From positions 1 to 57,265 of IMG/VR virus record IMGVR_UViG_3300037247_000734: a DNA stretch of 57,265 bases; one strand, written 5' to 3'. The stretch is from a virus (taxonomy: Duplodnaviria > Caudoviricetes). The translations under genes were made by a program, and so were the position numbers. The notes beneath the pieces are model-generated. The model was not told where the DNA came from, did no database searches, and saw nothing but the letters and a program-made list of their open reading frames with translations. Shown one piece after another: positions 29,157-37,125 of the stretch; positions within the stretch are counted from its first letter, which is position 1; every line of letters starts with the position of its first letter.

Positions 29157-29542
29157 GAAGATTCTTGATTTACTTTACGCCAACCCGGCTCACCGTCCAC
29201 CGTCGTTGGATCGTACTCCCATCCCTCCGGTGGCCTACAGGTCCTAAACTGGTGGTGCTGGTACAACCGGGTTCCCTCATCCCCCAGGGGAAAGTCTCCC
29301 CTTATTACTACAGCAGCAGCGAACCCTCCCATCTCGTTGACGCATCCCCGACAATACCAACCCCGCTTCCTGATAGCGTCCTTGATCTCCTCCACGGAAG
29401 CCCCCCCTCGGTACAAGGCGGACAAGGTGGGTCGTCCTCGCAATACCAGCCGACCTCGTCTCTCCTTACACTTCCGGCACCCCCCTCGGGACCCCCGCTT
29501 CCTTACCTTCCCCACGAACTCCACGACTCGATCAAATTTCAT
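29153..29542 (-). CDS. Basic Zn-binding hypothetical protein
   Basis: GGAGG RBS; two CxxC motifs (CRKC, CRGC). Confidence 0.6.
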   Translation of the reverse strand: MKFDRVVEFVGKVRKRGSRGGCRKCKERRGRLVLRGRPTLSALYRGGASVEEIKDAIRKRGWYCRGCVNEMGGFAAAVVIRGDFPLGDEGTRLYQHHQFRTCRPPEGWEYDPTTVDGEPGWRKVNQESS

Positions 29543-29587
29543 CCTCAACCTCCAACGGCTGCAAACCTATTACTACAGCAGCAGGAG

Positions 29588-29616
29588 ATTATAGCACCTT
29601 ATCGGTCCTTTGTCAA
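29588..29616 (-). promoter_or_regulatory. Consensus sigma70-type promoter with CCGATAA in its spacer
   Basis: TTGACA-AAGGACCGATAAGGTGC-TATAAT. Confidence 0.75.
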
Positions 29617-29873
29617 ACGGGACGGTGCTTCTCGTGAAAAAGCCACGGCTCAAGAAGAAAGTTCGGAATCTCCTCCACGCTCGCCTGCGACAGCAACTCG
29701 TCGCACTGCGGACATTGGAAGTCCCCCAGTCGAACCTCCTTCATCTCCATGTACTTCCTTCGACCCTTGGCTACAAGACGGGCCTTGACTGCCTTGTTGC
29801 TGCTCAACCTCTTATACGACTTCCACTCACTCAAGATCGACAATGGTAGCATAATGAACTCCTCCCTACCCAC
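29613..29873 (-). CDS. Hypothetical protein
   Basis: ORF with CPQC; start uncertain. Confidence 0.5.
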   Translation of the reverse strand: MGREEFIMLPLSILSEWKSYKRLSSNKAVKARLVAKGRRKYMEMKEVRLGDFQCPQCDELLSQASVEEIPNFLLEPWLFHEKHRPV

Positions 29874-29882
29874 CTGGACGCG

Positions 29883-30269
29883 TTACTTCTTTCCCGCTCT
29901 CTTGGCAAGCTCCCCCAATTTCCTCAATGGATCAATAAGCTTAGAGGTGCCCGTTGCTTTCTCAATGGGCCTCCGCCTACTCTTCGGCGTGGACTTCCCC
30001 GTCGGCGTTCGCCGACCGCCCGGCTGAGACACAGATTGAGCAGAACCCTTCTTCTGCGGACCGATCCCCATCCTTTTCTCTAGCCTCCCAACGGCCTTCA
30101 AAACCGTCTGATGCTTTCCCCTCTCCTCAACAGTCAGACGTTTATAACCTTTACCAACCGCCTTGTCTGCTTTGAGGGCTGCACTTGCTTGCTTCTTTGC
30201 AGCCTTGATACGAGCCGGGAATTCACGTTTCTGGAATTCAGTATTGGTCTCTTTATTAGGTTTGGGCAT
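29883..30269 (-). CDS. Lys/Arg-rich basic protein
   Basis: MPKPNKETN... highly basic; start chosen at ATG 30269. Confidence 0.55.
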   Translation of the reverse strand: MPKPNKETNTEFQKREFPARIKAAKKQASAALKADKAVGKGYKRLTVEERGKHQTVLKAVGRLEKRMGIGPQKKGSAQSVSQPGGRRTPTGKSTPKSRRRPIEKATGTSKLIDPLRKLGELAKRAGKK

Positions 30270-30483
30270 CTTCAACTTTCCTATGTGGTTTGTCTTTCCA
30301 ATAATGGCTAGCAAGTACCTTACACTCACTGCACCGAGCGTCGAACTGCTCCGGAGCAATCAGATAGATACGCCACTCCATCTTGAAGCCACAGTTCACA
30401 CACTCCAACTTCCTGGAACCCTCACCGACAGTCTCAAGTTTGTACATCGTTCCCCACGGAACAAACCCCGGACCCTTCAACAT
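30256..30483 (-). CDS. Zn-ribbon hypothetical protein
   Basis: CVNC and CSEC; G-rich RBS. Confidence 0.6.
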   Translation of the reverse strand: MLKGPGFVPWGTMYKLETVGEGSRKLECVNCGFKMEWRIYLIAPEQFDARCSECKVLASHYWKDKPHRKVEDAQT

Positions 30484-30544
30484 CCCCCCCCCTTATTCGT
30501 TCGACGGTGCTGCTCGTTCGACTCTCCGGCTGGACTACTTACCG

Positions 30545-30964
30545 TCATCGGACAGCCGCCGCCCAGTCCATCACGGCCTGGCTCAACGTCGCCAGGGCCA
30601 TCTCCTTACGCCTCTTGATCTCCCCGACCTTATCCACTACCTTCGTAAGCCTCCGCCGCTTCGGCCTATTCTCGGCACGTTGAGCTGCCTTCCCCCTTTG
30701 GTTGGCATCCACGGCTCCCCCAATGGCTCCGATCCCAGCCCCGATAGCAGTGCCAATTCCAGGAGCAATAGCAGTACCCATTGCGGCACCCGCCATAGCT
30801 CCCTTGGCTGCTCCAGCACCGGCAGACTCGTTCCCGTTTGCCTTCTTGGAGGTCTTTGCAGCCTTTGCCTTCTTCTCTGCTTCCCGCTCTTTCCTCCTTC
30901 GTTCAAGGTCAGAAACAGCAAGAGAGGCCCCGGCCAATCCACCTGCACCTATAGGCATAGGCAT
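30545..30964 (-). CDS. Glycine-zipper protein
   Basis: GAMAGAAMGTAIAPGIGTAIGAGIGAIGG; AGGAG RBS. Confidence 0.7.
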   Translation of the reverse strand: MPMPIGAGGLAGASLAVSDLERRRKEREAEKKAKAAKTSKKANGNESAGAGAAKGAMAGAAMGTAIAPGIGTAIGAGIGAIGGAVDANQRGKAAQRAENRPKRRRLTKVVDKVGEIKRRKEMALATLSQAVMDWAAAVR

Positions 30965-30988
30965 ATCAAACTCCTATCTCATAGACGC

Positions 30989-31450
30989 TCATCTGAGCGT
31001 GGTCGCGGCTCCCGCAAGGGTAGCCTGCTGTTGAAGATTCTTCCTACGATCCCGAGCCTTCGACGCGGCCCCCAACCGAGCCCCCAGTCCCGCCTCCGGA
31101 GGAGCCGCCAATTCCGGATTCGCCGTCTGGGCAGCATCCCTAGAAACATTCTGCTGAACCGGCCCGGTAGCCGGTCTCACAATAGACGGCGGGGCCTTAG
31201 AAGCCTCGTCCCCAGCGTTTTCCTGGTATCCTTGACGTTCAAGCCCGGTTGGCTGACCTGCCGACTTTACAGTCGGTGGCATAGGACTGGTGGTAGCCGC
31301 CTGAGACACCGCATTCGTCGGAGGTCCCTGCGGCTGTGTATTGATGGCCGATCCGAAGGCCGCACCCGCCCTCGCCTGTCGCCTTTTGCTCACAAGTCTC
31401 CCGAGTGCCCCCAGGGCCAACCCAGCCAACGGTATGAGGAATCCAGGCAT
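30989..31450 (-). CDS. Ala/Pro/Gln-rich protein with hydrophobic N-terminus
   Basis: GAGG RBS; MPGFLIPLAGLALGALG. Confidence 0.6.
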   Translation of the reverse strand: MPGFLIPLAGLALGALGRLVSKRRQARAGAAFGSAINTQPQGPPTNAVSQAATTSPMPPTVKSAGQPTGLERQGYQENAGDEASKAPPSIVRPATGPVQQNVSRDAAQTANPELAAPPEAGLGARLGAASKARDRRKNLQQQATLAGAATTLR

Positions 31451-31451
31451 A

Positions 31452-31667
31452 CTACCTCGGTGCCCTCTCCATCCAGAATGGACCAACGTGGTAACAGAAC
31501 CCAAAGCTCGTTGCCTGACTGTGTATCAATCGAGCCCTGTATAGGGACCAGTAGAACGGAGTGAAGCAGAATTCCCACCTACCCCAAGTTACGGTCACAT
31601 TAGGTATTGGGACATTTAAGTGGAATCTGATTCTCATCAGGATTCCCACTCCGAACTCTTTATACAC
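31452..31667 (-). CDS. Small aromatic-rich hypothetical protein
   Basis: Fills the gap; overlaps the upstream stop. Confidence 0.45.
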   Translation of the reverse strand: MYKEFGVGILMRIRFHLNVPIPNVTVTWGRWEFCFTPFYWSLYRARLIHSQATSFGFCYHVGPFWMERAPR

Positions 31668-31966
31668 ACTTCCCTACCTTTACGGGAACGAGTAGGCGGA
31701 CCCGGCGAACCAGAGCTACCAGATCGCCCACGCCAGGAGTTCCAGGCCAAACGAGCCTTCCTCTGAGCCGGGTAGGAGATGAGAGCGACGGAAGTCAGAC
31801 CCATAATTGCGATCCACGAGGCAACGCTGTCGCCGTCTCCGCCTTTGAGGCCGATCATCTGGTCTCCGCCTGCGGTCGGGCTGGCTACTTTGAAGGCGGC
31901 CTTGAAAGCGGCACACCCTCCGAGCAATAGTCCCAGAACGATGATAACGGGAACGAGTCGCCGCAT
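31637..31966 (-). CDS. Putative lipoprotein with an additional transmembrane segment
   Basis: MRR + hydrophobic stretch + LGGC lipobox; second hydrophobic helix VASWIAIMGLTSVALI. Confidence 0.6.
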   Translation of the reverse strand: MRRLVPVIIVLGLLLGGCAAFKAAFKVASPTAGGDQMIGLKGGDGDSVASWIAIMGLTSVALISYPAQRKARLAWNSWRGRSGSSGSPGPPTRSRKGREVCIKSSEWES

Positions 31967-32199
31967 TATTCACCTGTGGACGGGGGACTGGGGGAATCGT
32001 CCAGCAGGTCGATTAGTTGACTCAGGTCCATCCGGGAACTGGCCTTCTTGCCGTCCTTGTCCCCGTCTACCGTGTGACCGACGAAAACTTCGGAGGTGCT
32101 CCGATAGCCGATCGAGTAACTGCCCGCACCTTCCAGGACGACACATCCGTTGAGGGCCAGGCTCAGAATCGCCAAACTTACTGTAGGTCGTTTTGACAC
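31966..32199 (-). CDS. Putative lipoprotein
   Basis: MSKR + hydrophobic stretch + LNGC lipobox; AGGAG RBS. Confidence 0.6.
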   Translation of the reverse strand: MSKRPTVSLAILSLALNGCVVLEGAGSYSIGYRSTSEVFVGHTVDGDKDGKKASSRMDLSQLIDLLDDSPSPPSTGE

Positions 32200-32432
32200 G
32201 TATTCTCTCCTATTTGAGGGTTCTTGTCCGTGGTTGTGCCTTCACAAGTGAATTCGTAAGTGAACGGGGGTTGTTCCCACCAGGGTCGGGGCCACTCCCA
32301 GGGCCACTGGTAAGGTATTTGTGGGATGGAGACTACAGGGGGGTCGCTCCGACCACATGTGGGACAACGCCCACAGTTCGGGCAAGGCTTTTCAGACTTG
32401 CAGGACACCATCTCTTCTGGTCTGAGGGGCAT
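32178..32432 (-). CDS. Cys/Pro/Trp-rich small protein
   Basis: CPNCGRCPTCG; GGAG RBS; first gene after the 32550-32578 promoter. Confidence 0.6.
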   Translation of the reverse strand: MPLRPEEMVSCKSEKPCPNCGRCPTCGRSDPPVVSIPQIPYQWPWEWPRPWWEQPPFTYEFTCEGTTTDKNPQIGENTCQNDLQ

Positions 32433-32549
32433 AGTTTAGGTCTCCAGGCGGGAGGTCCTCCCTTCTACGATGTTCGGGCCATGACAGCCCCATTGAGTTC
32501 ATGGCCCGGAAAACCCAACGAGGCTGCCACTTCTTTACCCCGCATCACT

Positions 32550-32578
32550 ATTATAGGGGGGTTGAAACGGAAAGTCAA
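32550..32578 (-). promoter_or_regulatory. Sigma70-type promoter heading the packaging/structural arm
   Basis: TTGACT-17-TATAAT. Confidence 0.75.
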
Positions 32579-32605
32579 GAATAATCGGGAAATTGGAGTT
32601 CGACA

Positions 32606-32633
32606 TCCTAAGTAGTATATATACGACTTAGGA
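32606..32633. repeat. 28-bp near-perfect palindrome
   Basis: TCCTAAGTAGT-ATATAT-ACGACTTAGGA, one mismatched pair. Confidence 0.85.
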
Positions 32634-32851
32634 CGGAGGTGTGACGGGGGTCCGGACGTCCTAGGGAGGGTCTACTCGTTCCCGTATGCACTTTAAGAAG
32701 GAAAGTGGGGCTTTAGGTATGGGAAAGGGGTCCCAGATCGGTTTTCAACACGGGTAGTCATTCCCTTCCCCCCAGCCGTCGCCGGGGGCCGATAACCTTG
32801 GGGCCGAGGGTCCGATAGCCCATCCCCCGGCCTGTTGTTATCGGACTGCGA

Positions 32852-32964
32852 CTGCCATAATGGCAGGTGGAGGTTGGGTACTATTACCCATATCCCTCTT
32901 ATCGGCCCCTAATCCCCATCTCACCCTGCCATAATGGCAGTCCACCAACCTGCCAAAGTGGCAG
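32852..32964. repeat. Three CTGCCA-N3-TGGCAG palindromes
   Basis: 32852-32866, 32926-32940 and 32950-32964. Confidence 0.85.
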
Positions 32965-33165
32965 TCCTTCCGATAACCCCAAGGGGGCCACGTCCCATAA
33001 CCTCACCCCGCCGATCCTCCCGGCCACGTTATCGAACCACCCCGCGATCTCCCCACCTTATCGGACCATGAGTTATCGGACCTTGGACCCCACAAGAAGA
33101 GCGGCGAACCCCCAGATGGCTGCCGGCATACCGGCCAGAGCTGACGGCTCAAACCGCTCTATCTC

Positions 33166-33546
33166 TCAGTAAGGTAGCGAGTCAAGGTAGGCCGACACAC
33201 CACCCGACAGGTCAGCCTCAAGTGAGTCCATCGTCGCATCATCGAGACGGTCATACTCTACGTAATACACGCAGTCCATACACACATCCAGATGGAGAAT
33301 CTTGTTGTCACTGCCAACACCGTGGAGCGGGTGACGGTTGCCCGCCAGCTTCGAGCCGCAAGCATCGCATGATGCTTTCGAGAAGTAGGGCTCCGGTTCC
33401 GACTCGAACGTCTCGGCTTCATCGTCATACCCATAATCGTCGCGGCATTTCTCACAGCCCGAACAGGCTCCCGATGAGACATGCGACAGTCCCTCAAGGC
33501 CACGGTCAACGGCCACTTTATACTCGGCATATTCGGTCCTAGTCAT
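33166..33546 (-). CDS. Cys-rich acidic hypothetical protein
   Basis: CSGCEKC, CDAC, CMDC; ATG at 33546 after AGGA. Confidence 0.65.
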   Translation of the reverse strand: MTRTEYAEYKVAVDRGLEGLSHVSSGACSGCEKCRDDYGYDDEAETFESEPEPYFSKASCDACGSKLAGNRHPLHGVGSDNKILHLDVCMDCVYYVEYDRLDDATMDSLEADLSGGVSAYLDSLPY

Positions 33547-33550
33547 TGTC

Positions 33551-33733
33551 CTACTCCAGCAAATAGGTCGCATGGGGGGTGCGTCCGATAACCTCCCCGT
33601 CCGAGAGTATTTCTTCGTCGATTGTTTCGCCCGATAGAAACATTTCGTCCGCTTCGTCGCGGGTCTCCGCTTCCACCGTGTATCGGACCCTGCGAGCAAT
33701 CGTTTCATCCACAATCGAAGTCCACCGTTTCAT
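33551..33733 (-). CDS. Small acidic hypothetical protein
   Basis: YTVEAETRDEA motif common in small phage proteins. Confidence 0.6.
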   Translation of the reverse strand: MKRWTSIVDETIARRVRYTVEAETRDEADEMFLSGETIDEEILSDGEVIGRTPHATYLLE

Positions 33734-34010
33734 GTCCTATAACCCCCCAAGATAGTATGCCCGATAACCGTCCGCCGATAATCTCCACATCGGTGGCGTA
33801 TAATCCTACCCCCACATCTTCCGCCCATCGGGCCGTATTTTCGGGCCACGCGTACCCTGCCAATGGGGATGCCCAGTACACGAAGCCTGAGTGTGGCACT
33901 GTCGTCGCTTGCTCCAGCCGAACGGGCAACCCGGCCGGGAGTACCCGGCTGTCTCCGGGGTTACCGTGGCGTGTCTCACCCAGTGTTCGTCCGATAAGAT
34001 AACTACGCAC
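33705..34010 (-). CDS. Hypothetical protein
   Basis: GTG start overlapping the upstream stop. Confidence 0.5.
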   Translation of the reverse strand: MRSYLIGRTLGETRHGNPGDSRVLPAGLPVRLEQATTVPHSGFVYWASPLAGYAWPENTARWAEDVGVGLYATDVEIIGGRLSGILSWGVIGHETVDFDCG

Positions 34011-34356
34011 CGATTTGCTCCACTCCGATAATCTCCACTCCGATAATCTTGTCTACAAGCATGGCCGTCTCTACATGGGCCGATAAGAACACACTGTCCT
34101 GATCGAACGTTGCCCGGACCGTCTCCGCTAGGTCAAACCACCATTCTCGGACGGAACGCACCTGTCTCCATTCGCCACCAATGCTGCATTCTAGCACCGA
34201 CACTTGATCCTTGACAGGCACGCCGTCTTCGTCCGCCCACCAACCGACTGCTTTCGAGACAGTGACCCCGCCCCATCGTCCGATAATCCTTCCAATGATC
34301 GGACCTAGTTCTTCTTCGCTGTGTGTCGGCACTATCAGTCTGACGTTGAATCCCAT
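34003..34356 (-). CDS. Hypothetical protein (DUF3574-like small alpha/beta fold)
   Basis: WGGVTV..AVGWW and FDQDSVF motifs; GGAG RBS. Confidence 0.6.
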   Translation of the reverse strand: MGFNVRLIVPTHSEEELGPIIGRIIGRWGGVTVSKAVGWWADEDGVPVKDQVSVLECSIGGEWRQVRSVREWWFDLAETVRATFDQDSVFLSAHVETAMLVDKIIGVEIIGVEQIGA

Positions 34357-34436
34357 AATCGTATACTCCCTCTTACCATAAGGCGATAGTTGTCGCGACG
34401 GCTAGTATGACCGTCTGAATCCAGAACAAACTCTCA

Positions 34437-34808
34437 CTACGTTGTTCCATCATGTACTCCCTTTGTGCAGCCGATAATCTCGTTCACTGTTGAACCACAG
34501 CTCGGACAATGCTGTGTGGGGGGGTTACTCGGACCACTACGGCGGAAGAATGCCGAACAATCGAGGCACCGATGTGTACCTAAACACCTGAGCACGAGCG
34601 TGTCGAGGATATCAGTCCAAGTGAGCCGGTCATACCCGGCAGGGACCGGCACCCATTCTCCAATATGCTCACTCCATACTCGTGCGGAGGCTAGCGTATT
34701 GAGAAGGGCGGGAGACCGCGAGCCGAGCCCATACCCCCCGACCGCCATTTTAATCGACCCGTTATGTTCCATCGCCCGATAATTCCGTTCACTTTCGCAC
34801 AATCTCAT
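34437..34808 (-). CDS. Hypothetical protein with C-terminal Zn ribbon
   Basis: GGAGGG RBS; CLDC and CPSCGS. Confidence 0.55.
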   Translation of the reverse strand: MRLCESERNYRAMEHNGSIKMAVGGYGLGSRSPALLNTLASARVWSEHIGEWVPVPAGYDRLTWTDILDTLVLRCLGTHRCLDCSAFFRRSGPSNPPTQHCPSCGSTVNEIIGCTKGVHDGTT

Positions 34809-34940
34809 CACAGTACACCCTCCGACACTTACACGACCTACTGTAGGCCGATAAGTCCGAGCTCCCGCGTGGTTCCGCTCCACTAGGCAAGGCACGTCTG
34901 CCTTTCAGGCTAGCCTATTCGGGAGCCCGGTGTTATCGGT

Positions 34941-35198
34941 CTACTTCCCAGAGCGTCCGATAACGTGAAGCATTACCTTGACACCCGATATGTCGAGTAT
35001 TCGGTAACTCCCGGTCGAGCATACTCGCGGGTTGCCCTTTGCGTTCTCGTCCGCCTCAAGAGCCTTCTTGGACGGGTTGAACGCCCCGATAATCCGCTTC
35101 GGATCAAACTCAATCTGGACCTTATCGGTCCCATCAGTGATACGAAGGTTGTTCGGGCCGAACGTCTGCGTCTCTGTCTGCGTCTCTGTTTTCGCCAT
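34941..35198 (-). CDS. Hypothetical protein
   Basis: AGGGG RBS; first gene after the 35274-35302 promoter. Confidence 0.65.
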   Translation of the reverse strand: MAKTETQTETQTFGPNNLRITDGTDKVQIEFDPKRIIGAFNPSKKALEADENAKGNPRVCSTGSYRILDISGVKVMLHVIGRSGK

Positions 35199-35273
35199 TG
35201 TACAATCCCCTACGGACCTTACGGTTCGATCCACCCGGACCTCACCCTATCGGCGTCCGCTGCCGACAATTCA

Positions 35274-35302
35274 AGCCTACGATACCTATCTGCAATTGTC
35301 AA
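35274..35302 (-). promoter_or_regulatory. Sigma70-type promoter
   Basis: TTGACA-17-TAGGCT, followed by TGAATTGTCGGCA. Confidence 0.65.
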
Positions 35303-35361
35303 CCCGCGTGCAAAGTTTTCTTTTCGCCGTCGGGTTGTCCAATAACCCTGTAACGAATGTG

Positions 35362-35392
35362 GGCAGTCTAGGTCTAATAACCCAGACTGCCC
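35362..35392. terminator. Strong intergenic hairpin, possible terminator
   Basis: GGGCAGTCT...AGACTGCCC stem; no clear U tract. Confidence 0.4.
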
Positions 35393-35462
35393 GATAAGTC
35401 TGTCCTGCCCAAGACTAGTTCCAGAAATTGACCTTCCCCTGTCCTGAACCTGGAAATTGGCA

Positions 35463-35666
35463 TTAGTCCGTCAGACTAGCGATCCCCTCCCCTATCTCAC
35501 GGGCCACCCCGACCCACCCCCCGGTCTTCACTTGGGCTACCTGAACTCGTGCCTCAGCCCAGATAGTGGCCTCCTTTACCCTATAATGCCCCACCCCTCC
35601 AATAAGAAGGGCGAAGGCGGCAAGTGCACCTCCAACAATCCAACATGCGGTCTCACGGTCTTTCAT
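35463..35666 (-). CDS. Small membrane protein
   Basis: Hydrophobic WIVGGALAAFALLIGGV; GGGGAG RBS. Confidence 0.6.
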   Translation of the reverse strand: MKDRETACWIVGGALAAFALLIGGVGHYRVKEATIWAEARVQVAQVKTGGWVGVAREIGEGIASLTD

Positions 35667-35684
35667 TTCTGTCTCTCCCCACGA

Positions 35685-35837
35685 TCACAGTGTGGCGATC
35701 CCGTTCAACACCACAAATGTGGTTCCCCAAATTAGAGGCGGCCAATCCCACGGCCTCCCACTTTTCCTTTCCAGGACCACCTTCATGCCCACGTAGAACA
35801 GCCACCCTACAACAAACGCTTGTCCGTACCCAATCAC
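35685..35837 (-). CDS. 50-aa putative membrane peptide (not in ORF track)
   Basis: GTGA overlap with the upstream stop; two hydrophobic segments. Confidence 0.45.
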   Translation of the reverse strand: MIGYGQAFVVGWLFYVGMKVVLERKSGRPWDWPPLIWGTTFVVLNGIATL

Positions 35838-36175
35838 TTCGGCACCCCCATCCCGTCCACGAAGTCCACTTTTCTATCTGTTTCCCAGTTCCATAATTGC
35901 CACTCGAACTCCACTTGGCAGAGTTTCCACGGCCTCGGCAGTACCTTGTTCAACCGATTTTTGGTGATGGCTGTGCGATACCCGCGAGTGTATAGGAAAA
36001 GTGAGCCATCCGCGTATAGCCGAGCAATTACGTGCTTGTGCAGAAGCACCGCGACACCGCAACCCACCACACAGTTCCGCAACACGGTATTGTTGCACAC
36101 TGTCTTTTGCTCCCTGCCCTTCAACAAGACTTGAGCCTGCTTGTATGATCGACACTCAAAGTCTTTCACCCTCAT
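35834..36175 (-). CDS. Hypothetical protein
   Basis: GAGGTG RBS; LH..VIA...G...T.GY.T.ITKNRLN..LP pattern seen in small phage proteins. Confidence 0.65.
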   Translation of the reverse strand: MRVKDFECRSYKQAQVLLKGREQKTVCNNTVLRNCVVGCGVAVLLHKHVIARLYADGSLFLYTRGYRTAITKNRLNKVLPRPWKLCQVEFEWQLWNWETDRKVDFVDGMGVPK

Positions 36176-36468
36176 GGTTTCACCTCCCCGCCGCAAGCTA
36201 AAACGTGCACTCCCAAGAACCGAGCCGCTACCTGACGTTCGATGTCATCGGGAATAGAAGCCCGACCATGAGACAACCTGGGAAGGGCTAACATTGGTGG
36301 AACCCCCATCTTGCACAAACCATTTTCGATCAGACGGGCAGCCATACGTCCATAGCTCCCCTGTAAGTGCCACACAGTACCATCGTCGATCCCTTTCTGG
36401 AATCCGGCGACAGTGGCCTCCTGACCCAACTCCCCCGCTTCGTATGCTATGATGAAGTCAACGTCCAT
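36172..36468 (-). CDS. Hypothetical protein
   Basis: FQ..ID.G.VWHLQGSYGRMA..LIE.G motif seen in phage proteins. Confidence 0.7.
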   Translation of the reverse strand: MDVDFIIAYEAGELGQEATVAGFQKGIDDGTVWHLQGSYGRMAARLIENGLCKMGVPPMLALPRLSHGRASIPDDIERQVAARFLGVHVLACGGEVKP

Positions 36469-36655
36469 AGCTCTCTACCTTTCTTACCAAATAATCTCGC
36501 TGCTTCAAGAGGTCACCTAGGATCTCCTTCACCCTTCCGGTCTTCAAGTTCCATTCCGTCATAGAAATGTGATGCTTCTTGACGCGGTGCTCAATGGCGA
36601 CTTGAACCTGTCCCAACGCAATCTCCGTATCCGCTAGTCTCGGTCCCTTTTTCAT
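36458..36655 (-). CDS. Hypothetical protein
   Basis: GGAG RBS; first gene after the 36694-36722 promoter. Confidence 0.55.
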   Translation of the reverse strand: MKKGPRLADTEIALGQVQVAIEHRVKKHHISMTEWNLKTGRVKEILGDLLKQRDYLVRKVESYGR

Positions 36656-36693
36656 TGCCCTATCTCCCGGTCGGCCCCGTTGCCGACAATTCA

Positions 36694-36722
36694 AGCATAG
36701 CATTTGAGTATTTCGATGTCAA
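36694..36722 (-). promoter_or_regulatory. Sigma70-type promoter with A/T-rich UP element
   Basis: GAAAAGTTTTTTC-TTGACA-17-TATGCT, followed by TGAATTGTCGGCA. Confidence 0.7.
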
Positions 36723-36733
36723 GAAAAAACTTT

Positions 36734-36868
36734 TCACGATCGCAGCCCTTTCACTATAGCCAGTGTCAGGAAGAAGGCACCAAGCCAGTACAGTGCCTTC
36801 CAGTACATCCCCTTCCACAGAGCCTCGACGAGACACCCCACCTGCAACAGCAACATCAGGGTCTCCAT
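36734..36868 (-). CDS. 44-aa membrane peptide closing the Ubl operon (not in ORF track)
   Basis: TGATG coupling; METLMLLLQVGCLVEALWKGMYWKALYWLGAFFLTLAIVKGLRS. Confidence 0.55.
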   Translation of the reverse strand: METLMLLLQVGCLVEALWKGMYWKALYWLGAFFLTLAIVKGLRS

Positions 36869-37125
36869 CACCCGAACATCTCCCGTAGATTCGCATTCCG
36901 CTGTTCTCTGAGAGACTCATCCGGGTCCCTCGCCTTACATTGAACTTGCTCTTCCGGAAGAGCGTACAAGGGGATTGCTCCAACCCCCTCGATCGGGTAC
37001 CTTATCTTGAAGTCCCGCATGAATGCCTTCGGGAATGGCGGTACGATTTCAAGTTGGATTGATTCCTCCGCCTCCCTCAGCGTCCTCTGTTGTTCCGCCA
37101 TCCGTAGGTCCTCCGTCTGGTCCAT
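36868..37125 (-). CDS. Hypothetical protein in the Ubl operon
   Basis: GAGGAG RBS before ATG 37125. Confidence 0.6.
   Translation of the reverse strand: MDQTEDLRMAEQQRTLREAEESIQLEIVPPFPKAFMRDFKIRYPIEGVGAIPLYALPEEQVQCKARDPDESLREQRNANLREMFG

Larger units (their letters stand above)
32789..35397. repeat. Dense array of CCGATAA/TTATCGG heptamers
   Basis: At least 22 exact copies counted by eye in 2.6 kb. Confidence 0.9.

Noticed and set aside
30383-31564. 393-aa plus-strand ORF and other long antisense ORFs (e.g. 7055-7897, 21099-21962, 27633-28394)
   Set aside because: They lie opposite well-supported genes and have Ser/Pro/Arg-rich shadow composition.
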